64,000 bases of DNA from Monocercomonoides exilis PA203 (Eukaryota > Protista > Preaxostyla), in the NCBI GenBank assembly GCA_001643675.2, contig LSRY02000001.1:2480001-2544000 (forward strand). Reading direction: 5' to 3'. Below are positions 48,601-58,900 of this stretch, one piece after another; position 1 is the stretch's first letter, and each line of letters opens with the position of its first letter. The translations under genes and the position numbers were made by a program. The notes beneath the pieces are model-generated. The model was not told the origin of the DNA. It saw nothing but the letters and a program-made list of their open reading frames with translations, and ran no database searches.

Positions 48601-51119
48601 GTGTGCATCCTGTTTGTGTGGAGAAGGCGATTGAGATGAGGGGAGGAAGGGCGAGTGCGTCTATTTGGAGCAAGGACACAGCTGCAGTGCTGTTTGTGAA
48701 GGAGATGGAGGAATTTGAGGGAGGGAAGGAAGGAATTGAAGAAGGAGAAGGAGAAGGAGAAGGAGAAGGAGAAAATGAAAGGGAAAGGGAAAAAGAGAGG
48801 CAAGCGAGGAAACAAGGGCTGGAGTTGAATGGGTTGGGGAAACGAGTGGAGATGAAGCAGGTGGTTGTGCAGGAGTTTGTGTATGATGTGAGCGAAGAGT
48901 GGGAGGTGAATGAGGAAGGGCGGAAGGCGAGGAAGTATGTGGAGTGGGAGAAGATGCGAGCGGGGCTGGTGTATGTGTGCGATGTGGTGCTAACGAACAC
49001 GACGGCAGCGCAGAGGTCGGTGGAGGTGCTGATGCAGGTGCCAGGAGGGTCGATTGTGCTGCAAAGGGGCAGTGCGACGAGGACACAGAGCGTTGTTCTG
49101 GGGGCGTATGGGACGCAGACGGTGTCGTATGCGTTCTATTTCCCGGAGAGTGGGGAGTTTGTGCACTATCCGGCGCAGGTGGCGATGCGGGGGCGGTATG
49201 TGTGCTGCAGCCGAGAGGGAGGGCACCGGGTGAGGGTGGAAGCAGAAGGGAGGGCGCTGGAGGCAGAGCGGAGAGACTGGGGGTATGTGTCGCAGGAGGC
49301 GGAGAAAGAAGTGTTGCTGGAGTTTCTGGAGAAAGAGAACCTGCACCGAGCAGATGTGGACCTGTCGATGATATTGTGGCGGTTGGAGGAGAAGAGTGTG
49401 TTTGAGAGTGTGATTGAGGTGCTGCTGCGGCGCGGGGTGTATGACGGGCGGGTGTATTCGTATTCACTGCGGCACTTTGGCCCAGCAGCAGCTGTGCAGA
49501 GGCACTTGTGCGGAGGAAGCGCGTCGAGTGTGATTGCATCGCGGCTGGCGGTGTGTGCGACGGTTTTGTCGCCTGTGTGCGTGAAGAGCCCTGTGGGGAA
49601 GGGAGAGGTGCGTGTGCTGGAGTATCGTCCGCTGATCAATCCGCGTTGTTTTGTGTTTGGGGAAGAGAAAGAGCACATTGCGAATGCGCAACTGGCGGGG
49701 CAGTACAGAAAGTATTTGATGCATTTGGCGCACGGGGCAGCAGCTGGGTATGTCTCGTCAGCTCTTTTGGAGAGGAATGAAGAGGATGAAGAATCAGATG
49801 AGGGAGAATACAACGAATACTCTCAAAGGATGCCTTCTATGAGTGGGTCATGTTTGATCGGCGACGGGGAAAGACTTGTGCTGACATACTATCTTTTGCT
49901 GCAGGACAGGCTGGACGAGGCGAGGGAGCTGTTTGGGACGATTGGCAAGGGATGTTCTTCAGCCAGCGGATCAGATGGAGGAAAGAGAGAGAATGAAATA
50001 GAAATGGAGATGCAGCTGCAACATGATTATATGAGTGCGTATTTGGACATGACGGATCCAGAAAGTGCTCTTCCAAAGCCGAAAAGCGGAGAAAACGGAG
50101 AAATGAAAATGGAAGCACCGAAATTGGCAGTTGCACGGAGAGTGGCAGAGAAGCATAGGAATTGCTCGATTCCACGATGGAAGGCGATGTTTGACCATTT
50201 GAAGGAGCAGATTGGAGAAGTGGACAGAATGTTTGGGGCAGGGCAGAGAGAGAGGGAAAAAGAGAGAAGAGAAGAAGAGGAAGAAGAGGAAAAAGAAAAA
50301 GAAGTGAAAGGAGGAGGAAAGAGAAAGAAGGATGTTTTTGTTGAGAATGAGGCTGAGCGAGAAAATAGAAGGCAGCGGGAGTTGGATTCATCGATGGCGG
50401 TTGAAGGGACTTTTGAGATGGCAATTGATGAGAAGGGGAAGAGAATTGTGGTGAAGCAGGAGAAGGGGAAGGAGAAGAGAGGGAAGATGAAGTTCTACAA
50501 GGTGGATGTTGAAAGCCTGTTCAGCGTGAAGCCGTTTATGAAAGGAAAAGATGCAGCAAAGGCATTTTCGATTGTGAAGCCAACGAAACAAATCGAATTC
50601 TCTTTTGAAGAAGCTACTTCCTCCTCCTCCTCCTCTTCTTCTTCTTCCTCATCTTCTTCGACGTCTTTTTCTTCTTCAATTCATTTGATGCCGAGTGTAA
50701 TTGTTCCTGTGCCAGAAGAGCTGCAAACGCAGAATGTGTTTGTTGAGGCAGAATACGAAGGGAAGCGCTGTTCAGAGGCACTGTTCAGGAGTGGGATGAG
50801 TGTGGAGGTGTTTGAGGAGACAGGGCGGCTGGTGGCGAAAGAGGAAGCGACACATCTGCCGGCTGCAGGGGTGTATGTGAAGGTGTATGCGAAGGTGTGT
50901 GGGAGAGGTTGTAGAGAAGAAGAAGGGGTGTTTGTGAAGGATGGGTTCACAGACTGGCGGGGCTGTTTTGACTATGCGTCAGTGAACAAGAGCACGAATA
51001 GCAGTTTGGGTGCTTGTGGACGAGTGGGCTGTGAAATCACCCACCGTTTTTCGATTCTTATTGCGAGCGACGATTTGGGGTGTGTTGTGAAGGAGGTTGA
51101 TGCGCCAGCTGAAAATTAG
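42636..51119 (+). CDS. Giant intronless 2827-aa protein with an internal ubiquitin-like domain and possible macroglobulin-like beta-sandwich modules; no signal peptide
   Basis: Single uninterrupted ORF from ATG 42636 to TAG 51119, markedly GC- and G-rich versus its flanks. UBL at aa 1669-1744. C-terminal motif YVKVYAK..FVKDGFTDWRGCFDYAS..RFSILIASDDLGCVVKEVDAP. Confidence 0.92.
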   Translation: MAEAVSVSFLEKFVLAKDEKERDAALEALPANSTERLYYAILREQLKSPLSATAEEEQLMEKLVKKLGKSNTAVVQLRLRRELTSFGQMDKAGQKEVLEHLRDDILHEDFASVQRRVGVRDEPREEAVLPSVLDEDEVDFSKVLKEAATHRQILNELTPEGMLKVDGKGLEKRDLQHFINNVPSCSYPGIVELIMLYLSKPDTHLSDLSVELTMDQLQQLGEEKAELRSNERWVEMIVMRMAPGADVVWETDKAAQDEYFERIWHMGCELSGAALWMGASLMEACVVHDWLRGEPNLERFLRLLKCPRRDVGICIRQERTSNGGNYECRVDVGWLGRVGMGKAELEWMERNGSTELIRKLVIHFIAEGVDEERFEKFIEESELRRLATEAKLTSGEMDVSKVGRKDADEYFVRRLTEKTELTFADDNETSFGFGRGKEEVPVVKVVVKNIREVRLQVFEVNTEAYYSLMHREVDAGMEVDGLVANYERMLDYSGYAPVIRHTERIELPSLVLERKEEKGEEEEEEEEEEEEVERGAGERVQKRGVFVVVLSGDGLTSRALIRKGSLRMMWRCIADGQAVTVLDELNMPLPRSRAAVWVDGRRYSASTTPKRHPALEPCEILVPYATGGGAGMKQAIVEDLADEFCVLVEGFEHKAEEYEFGCGIYIDREELVRHGNAHIVLRPQLLCCGVAASVGMVRGVCVKVTSRTVEGIEVTRQYAGVRFADGEVGCVEYTVPENVAKLQVEVSGAVTVHSDLGRTVPVRSEKTFCVNTIDKTREIVAAALVRRTEEKNAKNGKNGKTCYVLRVFGKGGERIKHHAVTFKFFWRCVSSWGSTCKEGVRLMTDKKGEIELGSLRDVSGFEIRMGSGDGAGETRQMFGLDGHGVEPMPMHVENRSERAVGYAGQELEVTLEMGWDEGEEERNEEEKNEEEEKEGAKNEKKGIEKRLVSLTQMIGTERIVPLRDVSEKMVVKEGKAILLADLPCGEYELFEWATGLRTTISLIEPRKMAENNEKDGVKEENMNEKWKEEEEESDCGVRQDNTSLLCGVRRIGRRGGDAAVAIVGVRQMREGAEAGNVEVILSNCTAMTRVHVFGSVFAGAFDAETQLTGLAEGRQAEVQIAKVAGSFYTSDKRLGTEQEYIQRRQTAAARLGNTLDAPSVLMHGVVTQETWRKEASAFAGDAICGGAASGEMMADMMARKKKKMMMNGAMEGGMGGVRNWRRSLADWKNIDFLGETTTVVLNEAPGEGKRRRVVIPMEVIAGKGQSTVTVVATDDEHVVAKVVGVDLSLCSGRRKTEGREGGEGEGEGRLGEMRLMNVFDPKKHVLQKMHSALILPEKVLRSRCWEVSDEKDEEKKEEKKEEKKEEKKEKEEKIKSRCECECASSNGKKTGGVSLKKAYLSKCVATRKIKDLSTSTYESYSCFGGILHLLKCVMKAKAKKNEGDEAKVRAFDAWCNAFEELYKLVDDEDEDEDEEKEKEKEEEKKKKFRELCDRYSEFACEETNVLLFKKAPKFFAKAVRPSLASKKEKTVVDHYLLGTEDVGLFEEYAEPALFARLNAVEQVFVLARLVELGQKAKKREEGREEGEELLERSLRRCVALVEKVEGQLRSQLRDKKEEEKVFETALRSGLDVGGLIEAEEEEEEERGRKSSVKGASARAFNEGGDLGKMEVHVRTMQGKIIRVSVTKETTVAELKELVQKKEGILPDMQKIIFNDVQLSDTRTMSGCFIRNNDELKLMPRMLGGATDVKGQMGQMEQMGQMGKIEKGARPGARMAMPMVGMARAGAGASAGAGMRPRMLMQSNAVQRMGTAGAMPRRANGFCGSFSKAIPSNPQMAIPFGMQMEAPMAAPMEMKMAMPMAPMKMKMAAENVHYGYTSAFSGSCGFSADGGACAEEEEEKMPVAKFQQVENTKEYRENQYHRVASSHSALIEWNHFFLDYARYLFGCVGEGVGRDARECGRAVPFVSANVIECTDSFASAAFAAALTDVCVHPVCVEKAIEMRGGRASASIWSKDTAAVLFVKEMEEFEGGKEGIEEGEGEGEGEGENEREREKERQARKQGLELNGLGKRVEMKQVVVQEFVYDVSEEWEVNEEGRKARKYVEWEKMRAGLVYVCDVVLTNTTAAQRSVEVLMQVPGGSIVLQRGSATRTQSVVLGAYGTQTVSYAFYFPESGEFVHYPAQVAMRGRYVCCSREGGHRVRVEAEGRALEAERRDWGYVSQEAEKEVLLEFLEKENLHRADVDLSMILWRLEEKSVFESVIEVLLRRGVYDGRVYSYSLRHFGPAAAVQRHLCGGSASSVIASRLAVCATVLSPVCVKSPVGKGEVRVLEYRPLINPRCFVFGEEKEHIANAQLAGQYRKYLMHLAHGAAAGYVSSALLERNEEDEESDEGEYNEYSQRMPSMSGSCLIGDGERLVLTYYLLLQDRLDEARELFGTIGKGCSSASGSDGGKRENEIEMEMQLQHDYMSAYLDMTDPESALPKPKSGENGEMKMEAPKLAVARRVAEKHRNCSIPRWKAMFDHLKEQIGEVDRMFGAGQREREKERREEEEEEEKEKEVKGGGKRKKDVFVENEAERENRRQRELDSSMAVEGTFEMAIDEKGKRIVVKQEKGKEKRGKMKFYKVDVESLFSVKPFMKGKDAAKAFSIVKPTKQIEFSFEEATSSSSSSSSSSSSSSTSFSSSIHLMPSVIVPVPEELQTQNVFVEAEYEGKRCSEALFRSGMSVEVFEETGRLVAKEEATHLPAAGVYVKVYAKVCGRGCREEEGVFVKDGFTDWRGCFDYASVNKSTNSSLGACGRVGCEITHRFSILIASDDLGCVVKEVDAPAEN
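47640..47867 (+). other. 76-aa ubiquitin-like domain ending in Gly-Gly, embedded in the 2827-aa protein
   Basis: MEVHVRTMQGKIIRVSVTKETTVAELKELVQKKEGILPDMQKIIFNDVQLSDTRTMSGCFIRNNDELKLMPRMLGG aligns without gaps to ubiquitin; 31 of 76 identities by hand count. Confidence 0.95.
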
Positions 51120-52922
51120 AGAGAATTATTATTTTTGTTTCATGTTAGATTTAAATAGAAAATATTTTTGGTCTTTTTGATGATATACACTGTTAATTTC
51201 GTATAAATGCAACGAGGATGTTGATTGAATTGCTTCTTTTTGTTCATTAAAGCCAACACAGTATTTTTTTTTTCCTTCACCAATAGAGTTATTGTAATTC
51301 AAATGTTTCTTTTCCGAATCCTTTTGATGATTCCAACACAACAACTTTGCAATTCAAAATGAACATTTTCCTTTTTCATGAATCGAAAAAATTGATTTTT
51401 TTGTTGCAAGTTACAAAGGGTGAATTTGAGATTTGGACGATAAAAATGATTTTGCTTTTTCACATCACATTTTTCTTCAAATAACTAAAAAGAGAAAGCC
51501 AATAAAAAGTCATCTTTTATTTTTTCAATCAACTTCATTCTATTTCAAACAATCAATGACTTGACTTATTTCATTCATTTTAATCGTCTTGACTTGTTTT
51601 TGTAATCTTCTAATAAACTTATGTTTTGTGGTTTCTTCATCGACTTTTATGATGTTTCATTCTCTTTGTGTTTCAAAATGAAAAATATTGTTTGATATTG
51701 AATTTCCACTTGACAAGAAAAAGATGATCAGTTGGATAATTCAACAACAAATTTGTTCAACAAAAAAAATGCTGATGAGTCTGAAAGTCTGACGCAATTC
51801 TCTCAATTCGAAGGATATCAGTTCAGAATGAAATCGAGTCAAATCAACACAGAGAATGAATTCAAAAGAGATTTTTCATCAGATTAATGAATAGAACAGT
51901 TAACTCTTCAATAAATAAATATGAAACCATTTTTGTTTAAATTCCTTGTTTTGAAACATCACATTTTATATTTCCGATTCCACAAAAAAGACAAAAACAA
52001 TTCTTTGTTTGTGAAAATTTATCTTGACAACAAAGAGATTGCAACAATTCAGCCCCTCACATTCATGAAGCTGAATTCACATTGTTCTTTTCTTCAACAA
52101 AGGAAAATGAAAGTTGAGAGAGGAAATAACAAAAATGGTTCTTGAACATAAAACACTCTTGATCATCTGAGTCAAGAAACAATAAAGCCAACAGATTGAA
52201 TGAGTTTCTCTTGTTCTGTTCAATTCTCTTCACAAATTATTTGTTTCACAGAACAATGCTGTTCATTGATGAAGGAATTATTTCTTCAAATGCAACCGCT
52301 GCAAAAGAACGAACAACTATATCCCTGTTTTTCTGAAACAAAAAAAGAGATATCTTTTATCGTTTGTTGTGAATGTTGTGATTGTCACAAATTAAGAAAA
52401 AGTCGCTTGGAAAATTGAAAAAAACAAATACAAATACAAAAAAAGAATTTCAACACATGGAATTGATAATACAAACTGGAGTTACACAAAATAGGAAATG
52501 AAATAATGAATGTTGATGTTTGCAAAGAAAAGAAAAGAAAAGAAAAGAAAAGAAAAGAATCAACTGAAAAGCCAAATTAGAGATTAATGAAAAAATTCAT
52601 TTGACAAGATTCACTCAAAATAATTGTGAGGTGGTGATTCAGCGAACACAAAAACTTGAATATATAAAAACACAACTAACACTGCTCATCCAAAATCTGC
52701 ATTCGGAATGGATGAAAGAAAAAACAAAGTGAAACACAACCAATGAAAACAATGAAACAAAAAAAAAAAAGGTTGATATCAAAAACAAGAAGAAATGTGC
52801 TGATGAACAAAAACAAAAAGGGAAGAGAGATACTCTCTCAGACTGATAAAAGATAATATTGAGGCGGCTCTGGAAACAAATGCATTTTTCCAATAAAAAC
52901 ACAATTGTCACCAACTCTTCAT

Positions 52923-55900
52923 TCACTTCTCAGTCTGCAAAGTTCCTGTGATATCTGAAGAATTCACACTCGTCATGTGTTCCCCATCTTCTGTTGTCTC
53001 CTCCAGATCAATCGCATCTGACATCGTCAGAATTGCTGCTCCTGCAGGAAACCGCTGGATGAACTCTCGCTTCAGCCCTGCCAAGCTCAGTCTGACTTCT
53101 GGCTGGGAAGACAGGCAAGCTCGGATGATTTCAAAGAAATTCGACTCCTTCACAGCAGACATGTTCGGTCGTTCGTGATTCACTATCTTCTGCCCTGCCA
53201 CCTCACCCTCATACTCATCAAATGGGATCTCCAGTGTCAGACACTCCCACAGCATCATCCCAATCGAGAATGCCACTGACTCCTTTGTCGCTCCCATCTT
53301 CTTGTTCATCTGCAGCTCTGGTGCCTTCCACCTCAGGCACTCTTTTCTTTCTTCATCTTCATCATCCTCAAACGCTGATGATGGAGGTGGCGACTTGGTG
53401 AATCTCTCGCTCATCACTGAAACATCAGAGGAAGATGTGACCATGGTGGAGGCTGAAGAGACAGATGAAGTGTCAGAGTCTGACAAGCAGTCGGAGTGGA
53501 GAGCAATGCAGATGACCATGTGCTCTGAGAACAGCACAATGTGGGGACTGAGATTGGCCAAAGAGGAAAGCTCATTTTCCATTTCGTCAAAGGAGTGGAG
53601 CGCAAGATTGGCCACCCAGAACAGGATCTGAGCAGCTGTTTGCTCCCTCTCCTTCAAACTCCCAATTGCCATCTCCTTTGTCTTATTCCTCCCATGAAGC
53701 AGCATGAACAGAGAATCCCTCAGATCCACGATCAGCTTCTCATGAGGGGATGAGCAGGCCATTGCATCCACCAGATTCGACATCGATGATGTGGTGGGGC
53801 ACAGATCCTCTCCGCGAACAAATGTGGATTCTGTATCTGAAGTATCTGTGGATGAAATGGATGAAATGGATGGTGATGGTGTTCTTTTCCTTGCCTCTTC
53901 TTCTTCAACCTTTTCCAATGCCCATTCTGGGATCTTGTCTGAATCTTTCCCCAAGATGTATTCTGTTGATCCACTCTCAGAAAGAAGGTGCTCTGACGAC
54001 TCGGAATGTCCCAAACTTTTCTCATACACCCTCTTCTTCATCCTCTCTTCATTCTTTTTTTCTGCCTCCCTTTCTGCTCTCCTCCACTGCTCCTCGGGTG
54101 ACATCTCCATCGTAACCATCTCAATCAGCTTCGGATCCTTCTTCACCGTATCATTCACTATTTCTTCTAATTCTTCTGTTCGCCTCTCAGATTTCCTCCA
54201 TCGAACTGCAATAATTATTGATACAATCAGCACAATTAAAAGAACAATAGCCATAATTATCACAATCAATAACCAATAAGATTTTCCTTCTTTTCCTCCT
54301 TCAACCACTTTATCATTTCCGGTTTTTGATTCGGTTTTGTTCTTCAGTATCTGTGGAGAAGTGAAAGCCAATTGCTTCCCAAACAGAATCATCACTGACA
54401 CTTCTGTTTCGTCTGCAATCGTTGATATATTTTCTGATGGAATTCTTCCAATCACTTCTGTTTCTGATTCAAAACTGTCTTCCTCAAACCGATATGTCTC
54501 AACCAACTCCACATCCCCTGTTTTGAATATCAATCTGAATGACAAGTCACAAGGAAGAAGAAGTGATCCCTTGAATTTCACAACAACATTGCTGCCATTC
54601 TCATTCATTGAAACATCTTTTAGTATGGGAATGAAAAATGGAGATGACCTTTCTCCTGCTATCCCTCTCAAATCACATCCATCATTCAAAATCCAAAGAG
54701 AAGAATTTGGCATCAATCCATCTCCGCCTTTCAAGCTGGAAATGGTCAGTGAAGCAGAATCTGAACAAATGATGTTTCGACGAAGAGAGGGATATTTTTC
54801 AATAAATGGATTGTTATTCATAAACTCTCCTTTCTCAATCGTCACATCTCCAGCAGATACTGATAATCCACCCTGTGAAGCATTCATTATTGTCACATAT
54901 TTCATCATCAATGAAGAATTGGCAGAATGGACAAGAGATCCATTCCATTTGCATATTTCTTCAAAATCGCTGTTTCTCTCATTTTCATTTTCATTTGAAA
55001 GAATTCCTTCAAATTGATACATTTGCATCGAAACATCTTTTGCATTGTTCATCTCCACAATGCTTCCTTTGCTTGACAGAGAATTGCAATCTGAGCAAGA
55101 GCAATTGAAAAGATTAATTTGAGCAGATGATGAAGAAGCAGTGAAAACAGAAGCTCCTCTTGAATTCCTCAAACAGTTGTTGAACGAGGAGATTCCAATA
55201 GAAACTGTTCCTGATGACAAATCGTTTATCGCAATGACACAACCTTCAGATAGCTCCACTTCTTCGGTCACCATCCAATTAAATACAACACTTCCACAAT
55301 CACCAATCTCAAATATATTTGTTGTTGATTCAATCTGTTCCAGTTTAAAATTTGTAAAATTTATCTCATCACCATTTAACAAAAATGAAGGCTTCTTGAA
55401 TGAAAGCATTGATATTGAGCAGTTGTCAACATGAAGAATTCCATTTTCGATGCTCAGCAACGATGAGTTGAGAACAACAGATTCAATGTTTTCTGATTGG
55501 CCAACCGAAGAGAAATCAACAAATGAAAGAGAAAGCTGGCCATTTGCTTCATGAATGATTGAACTGCCTGAATATGAAAATAACTGACCAAAGTTGAATT
55601 TCACACTTTCGACCCGAACTTTCTCTGATGTTGTGATCAGATTTCCCTCATTGGTTATCGTTGAGTTCAAATGCACCAAAGCAGCTGAGGGAGATTGCAA
55701 TGAGCGGATGGTCACATTAAGAACGTCACACTTCCCAACAATTTCTGTTTGCTCCAAGATCAGCAGCTGTGAGTACAGAGATGGAATGATGTGCTGCACT
55801 CCAAAGCTCAATGAGTGGCAAGGAGTATTGAACTCTCCACATTGCTTGTTATCTTCCTCATTCTCTGCAACTGATGACACAAATATCGTCTCGCTCTGGT

Positions 55901-58900
55901 ATTTCATAACCCTCAACAGAAGATCCTCTTCCCCCACAAACGAGTCTGTTGTGCATCCCCATACTGCCTTGTCCTTCACAAACGGAGCTCTAAAATCCAG
56001 CAAGAATTGCTCATCAACAATTTGATTTTCGATTGAGTGGCATCGAATATACACATCTCTCCCCCTCAACGCAGTGTTGTCTCTGAATGTGATACTTGAC
56101 AAAACAAAATTCAGAGGCTGCTCAGCTGTCGAGGTGCATTCCAGAAACAGCCACCCACCTCTTCCTGCAGTCGAGCAGAAACACTCTGAAATTGTGCAAA
56201 ATGAGCAATCAAAACTTCCTCCCTCATTCAACTCACAAAACATCCCTCCTCCCTTTCCACACTTCAACCCTCCACATCTCTTCATCGTTGTGTTCCGAAT
56301 CACTATTTTCAATGGCTCATCATTCTCATTTCTAATGATGGGAATGTTCTCTGTTGTGTTTTGGGTGACTTCTTCAAACAAACTCCACTCAATAACGATG
56401 TTTTGTTCTCCTTCATTGCTCCCTCTCTTCTCTCCAGCTGATCCCTTTGATATCCTCAACCCACTTGCTCCTTCAAGCTCAATATTCTTCATCGTCAGGT
56501 TTTTCGCATTCAGCACCGTTGTTGACAACACAGAAATAACATCCTGCGAAAAGCTCAACAATTGCATCGTCACCAATTCCAGCACAACAGTTCCTCCATC
56601 TGCCTTGATCAGCCCATAATCTGTCAATTCTTCTCTCTCATCTCCCTTTTTGCTGAATGAGCAGTCTTTCAGCGTCAACAGTCCTTCGCTTGATCCTATA
56701 TGCATCAAAACATTCACTCCACTTGCAAATGAAGATGGAATCACAAACTGTATCAATTCGAAATTGGTGATGCCACAAATCTTCATTGCTGCTCCTTCTG
56801 CTCCCTCAAGCGATGAGACACATTCCAATGAGCACATGCTGCTCACATCCGATTTCACTGATATTCCACTCACATCAACACTCTTCTGAAGATAACCTTT
56901 TCCAATGATGTTGACATTCCTTTCATTTCCTTCTCGCAGTCTTGTCAACGAATGATCCATCGACAGACACGGATAATCTGAGAATCCACACACACACACA
57001 TCACAACCTTCGCTCCCAATAAATATCTCTGACCCAATCGCTCTCCAGAAATTGACCAGCGGAATGGCATTCGTTGTGTCACTCCCATCAAAGCCTTTCA
57101 TGGAATCAAACGAAATATCATCCAGATTCTCTGGCACAAATGGAAGAGAGGTGTTTGTGATGCTCTTTGTCAAGTTTGGCGATTCAACAAACAGGTTATT
57201 TCCATATCTTGCAGCATTAGGTTTGTCTGCCTCAAAAACAGGGGATGAGATCACAAATGAAGAATATTCATTAATCAGCTTCAGTGCCATCCCTCCCCCA
57301 AACCCAATCTTCCGTTCTCCTGCTGGTGCTGTGCATCCTGTGAATGTGCATGAAATAATATTCATTTGAATGCCCCCTTTCAACTGGGCATCAATGGCCC
57401 CTCCTCTACTTTCATCATCCAGCACAGAACATCCATCAAATGAACATTCTTCAATATTTATTTGTGTGTTTGTATTTTCATCATCGCTGTTGTCAATGCT
57501 CACACACCCTCCATTTCCAGCTGCTCTTTCGATTTTTGTGAAATTGCTGTTCGTCATGTTCAACCACAGAGTGCTTATCAACTCTGCATTTGTGCTGCTT
57601 CCTCTCAATGAGATCAGCGGATTTCTCCTCAAATCAATTGATGAAGCTGAGAATTTGTCGATTATCAGGATCCCTGACTCAACTGACAAGAACAGAATTG
57701 TCAATTCTGATGATGGATCTTGAAGAGAAAGAGAACATTGAGACAGAGTTATTGACGATGAAGATGACGAAATGAAAGTGGAGTGAAGAGGAAGAGAAGA
57801 TGGAAGAGAGAAGATGAGTCTTGATAATTCTGTTTCAACATTTGCTGAAATCATAGATGAATTGGATGTTTCACTTGAATCAGAGACTGTCCAACCACTC
57901 TGTTCATAATTTCCTCGGATTTCATGTTTCTGTCCAACAAAATCCAATTCATCACTCATCAAAATCATTCCATTCACAACAACTTTCTTTGTTTCTGTTT
58001 GTCTTGTGAGGGAGTGCTTCATTGTCAAGCAAGGGAATTGGACAATTCCACAGTGTGAGTGATTAGATGCCTCAGAATTGCTCACATATATTTCTTCTGG
58101 TGTGGGGAGGAGATAGATGCACAGAGGAATGGCCACACTGTTGTTTCCATTGTCACATCCTCTCACCTTCTCAACAGAATCCAAAGAGGCTTCCACACAT
58201 GTGATGTTTTCTGATTTTGCTGTTTCTTCCAGATTGGGTGAAATAACAAAAATATCTCTTCCCCATTTGGCTGTGTTTGTGCCAAACGAAGAGGATATCA
58301 GGAAATTGGGATTTTCATTCAACAATCGAAGAAGAATTCCTCCCCCAAATCCATATGTTGCAGAGCAATAGCACCCATCAAAAGATCCGCCTTTCACTTT
58401 CACCTCATTTCCATTCCCAACACACAGCATCATCGATCCCCCATCAGCCGATGTTCTGCTTCCACATCCTTCAAAAGTGCTCGAATTCACATCAATGTTG
58501 GCCTTGTCATTCGAAAACGACATCACTGCTGCTCCGCTTGTTGCTCTCTCAATCCCATCAAAGGCACACTCTGAAAGCGTCAATGAAATCTCATTTGTTG
58601 AAGAAAGCGAAAACAATGAAGTTGTGGAGATCGTCTTTGCCCAGTTCACATGTTCCATCTGAAACACCCCGTTCTGGACATTGATCAGTTCTGTCGAAAA
58701 TGCTGTTTCTGTTGATTGTCCGCTCCCAAAAGATATGTTCAGTCTGCTCACATACATCTCTCCTGCTCCACTTATCTCAAACAGCCTTGACCCACGGTTA
58801 TTCGGATGAGCCGAGTCATGCACAAGAATAAGGTCACTGGCAGTCAATGCGCCTGTTGAGACTGAAAATAGAGGCAGCCCAGATGCTTCAAATTCTGTTT

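Noticed and set aside
42749-50950. Many 100-320 aa minus-strand ORFs over the giant gene
   Set aside because: They are antisense shadows of a GC-rich coding strand, S/P/H-rich and without motifs.
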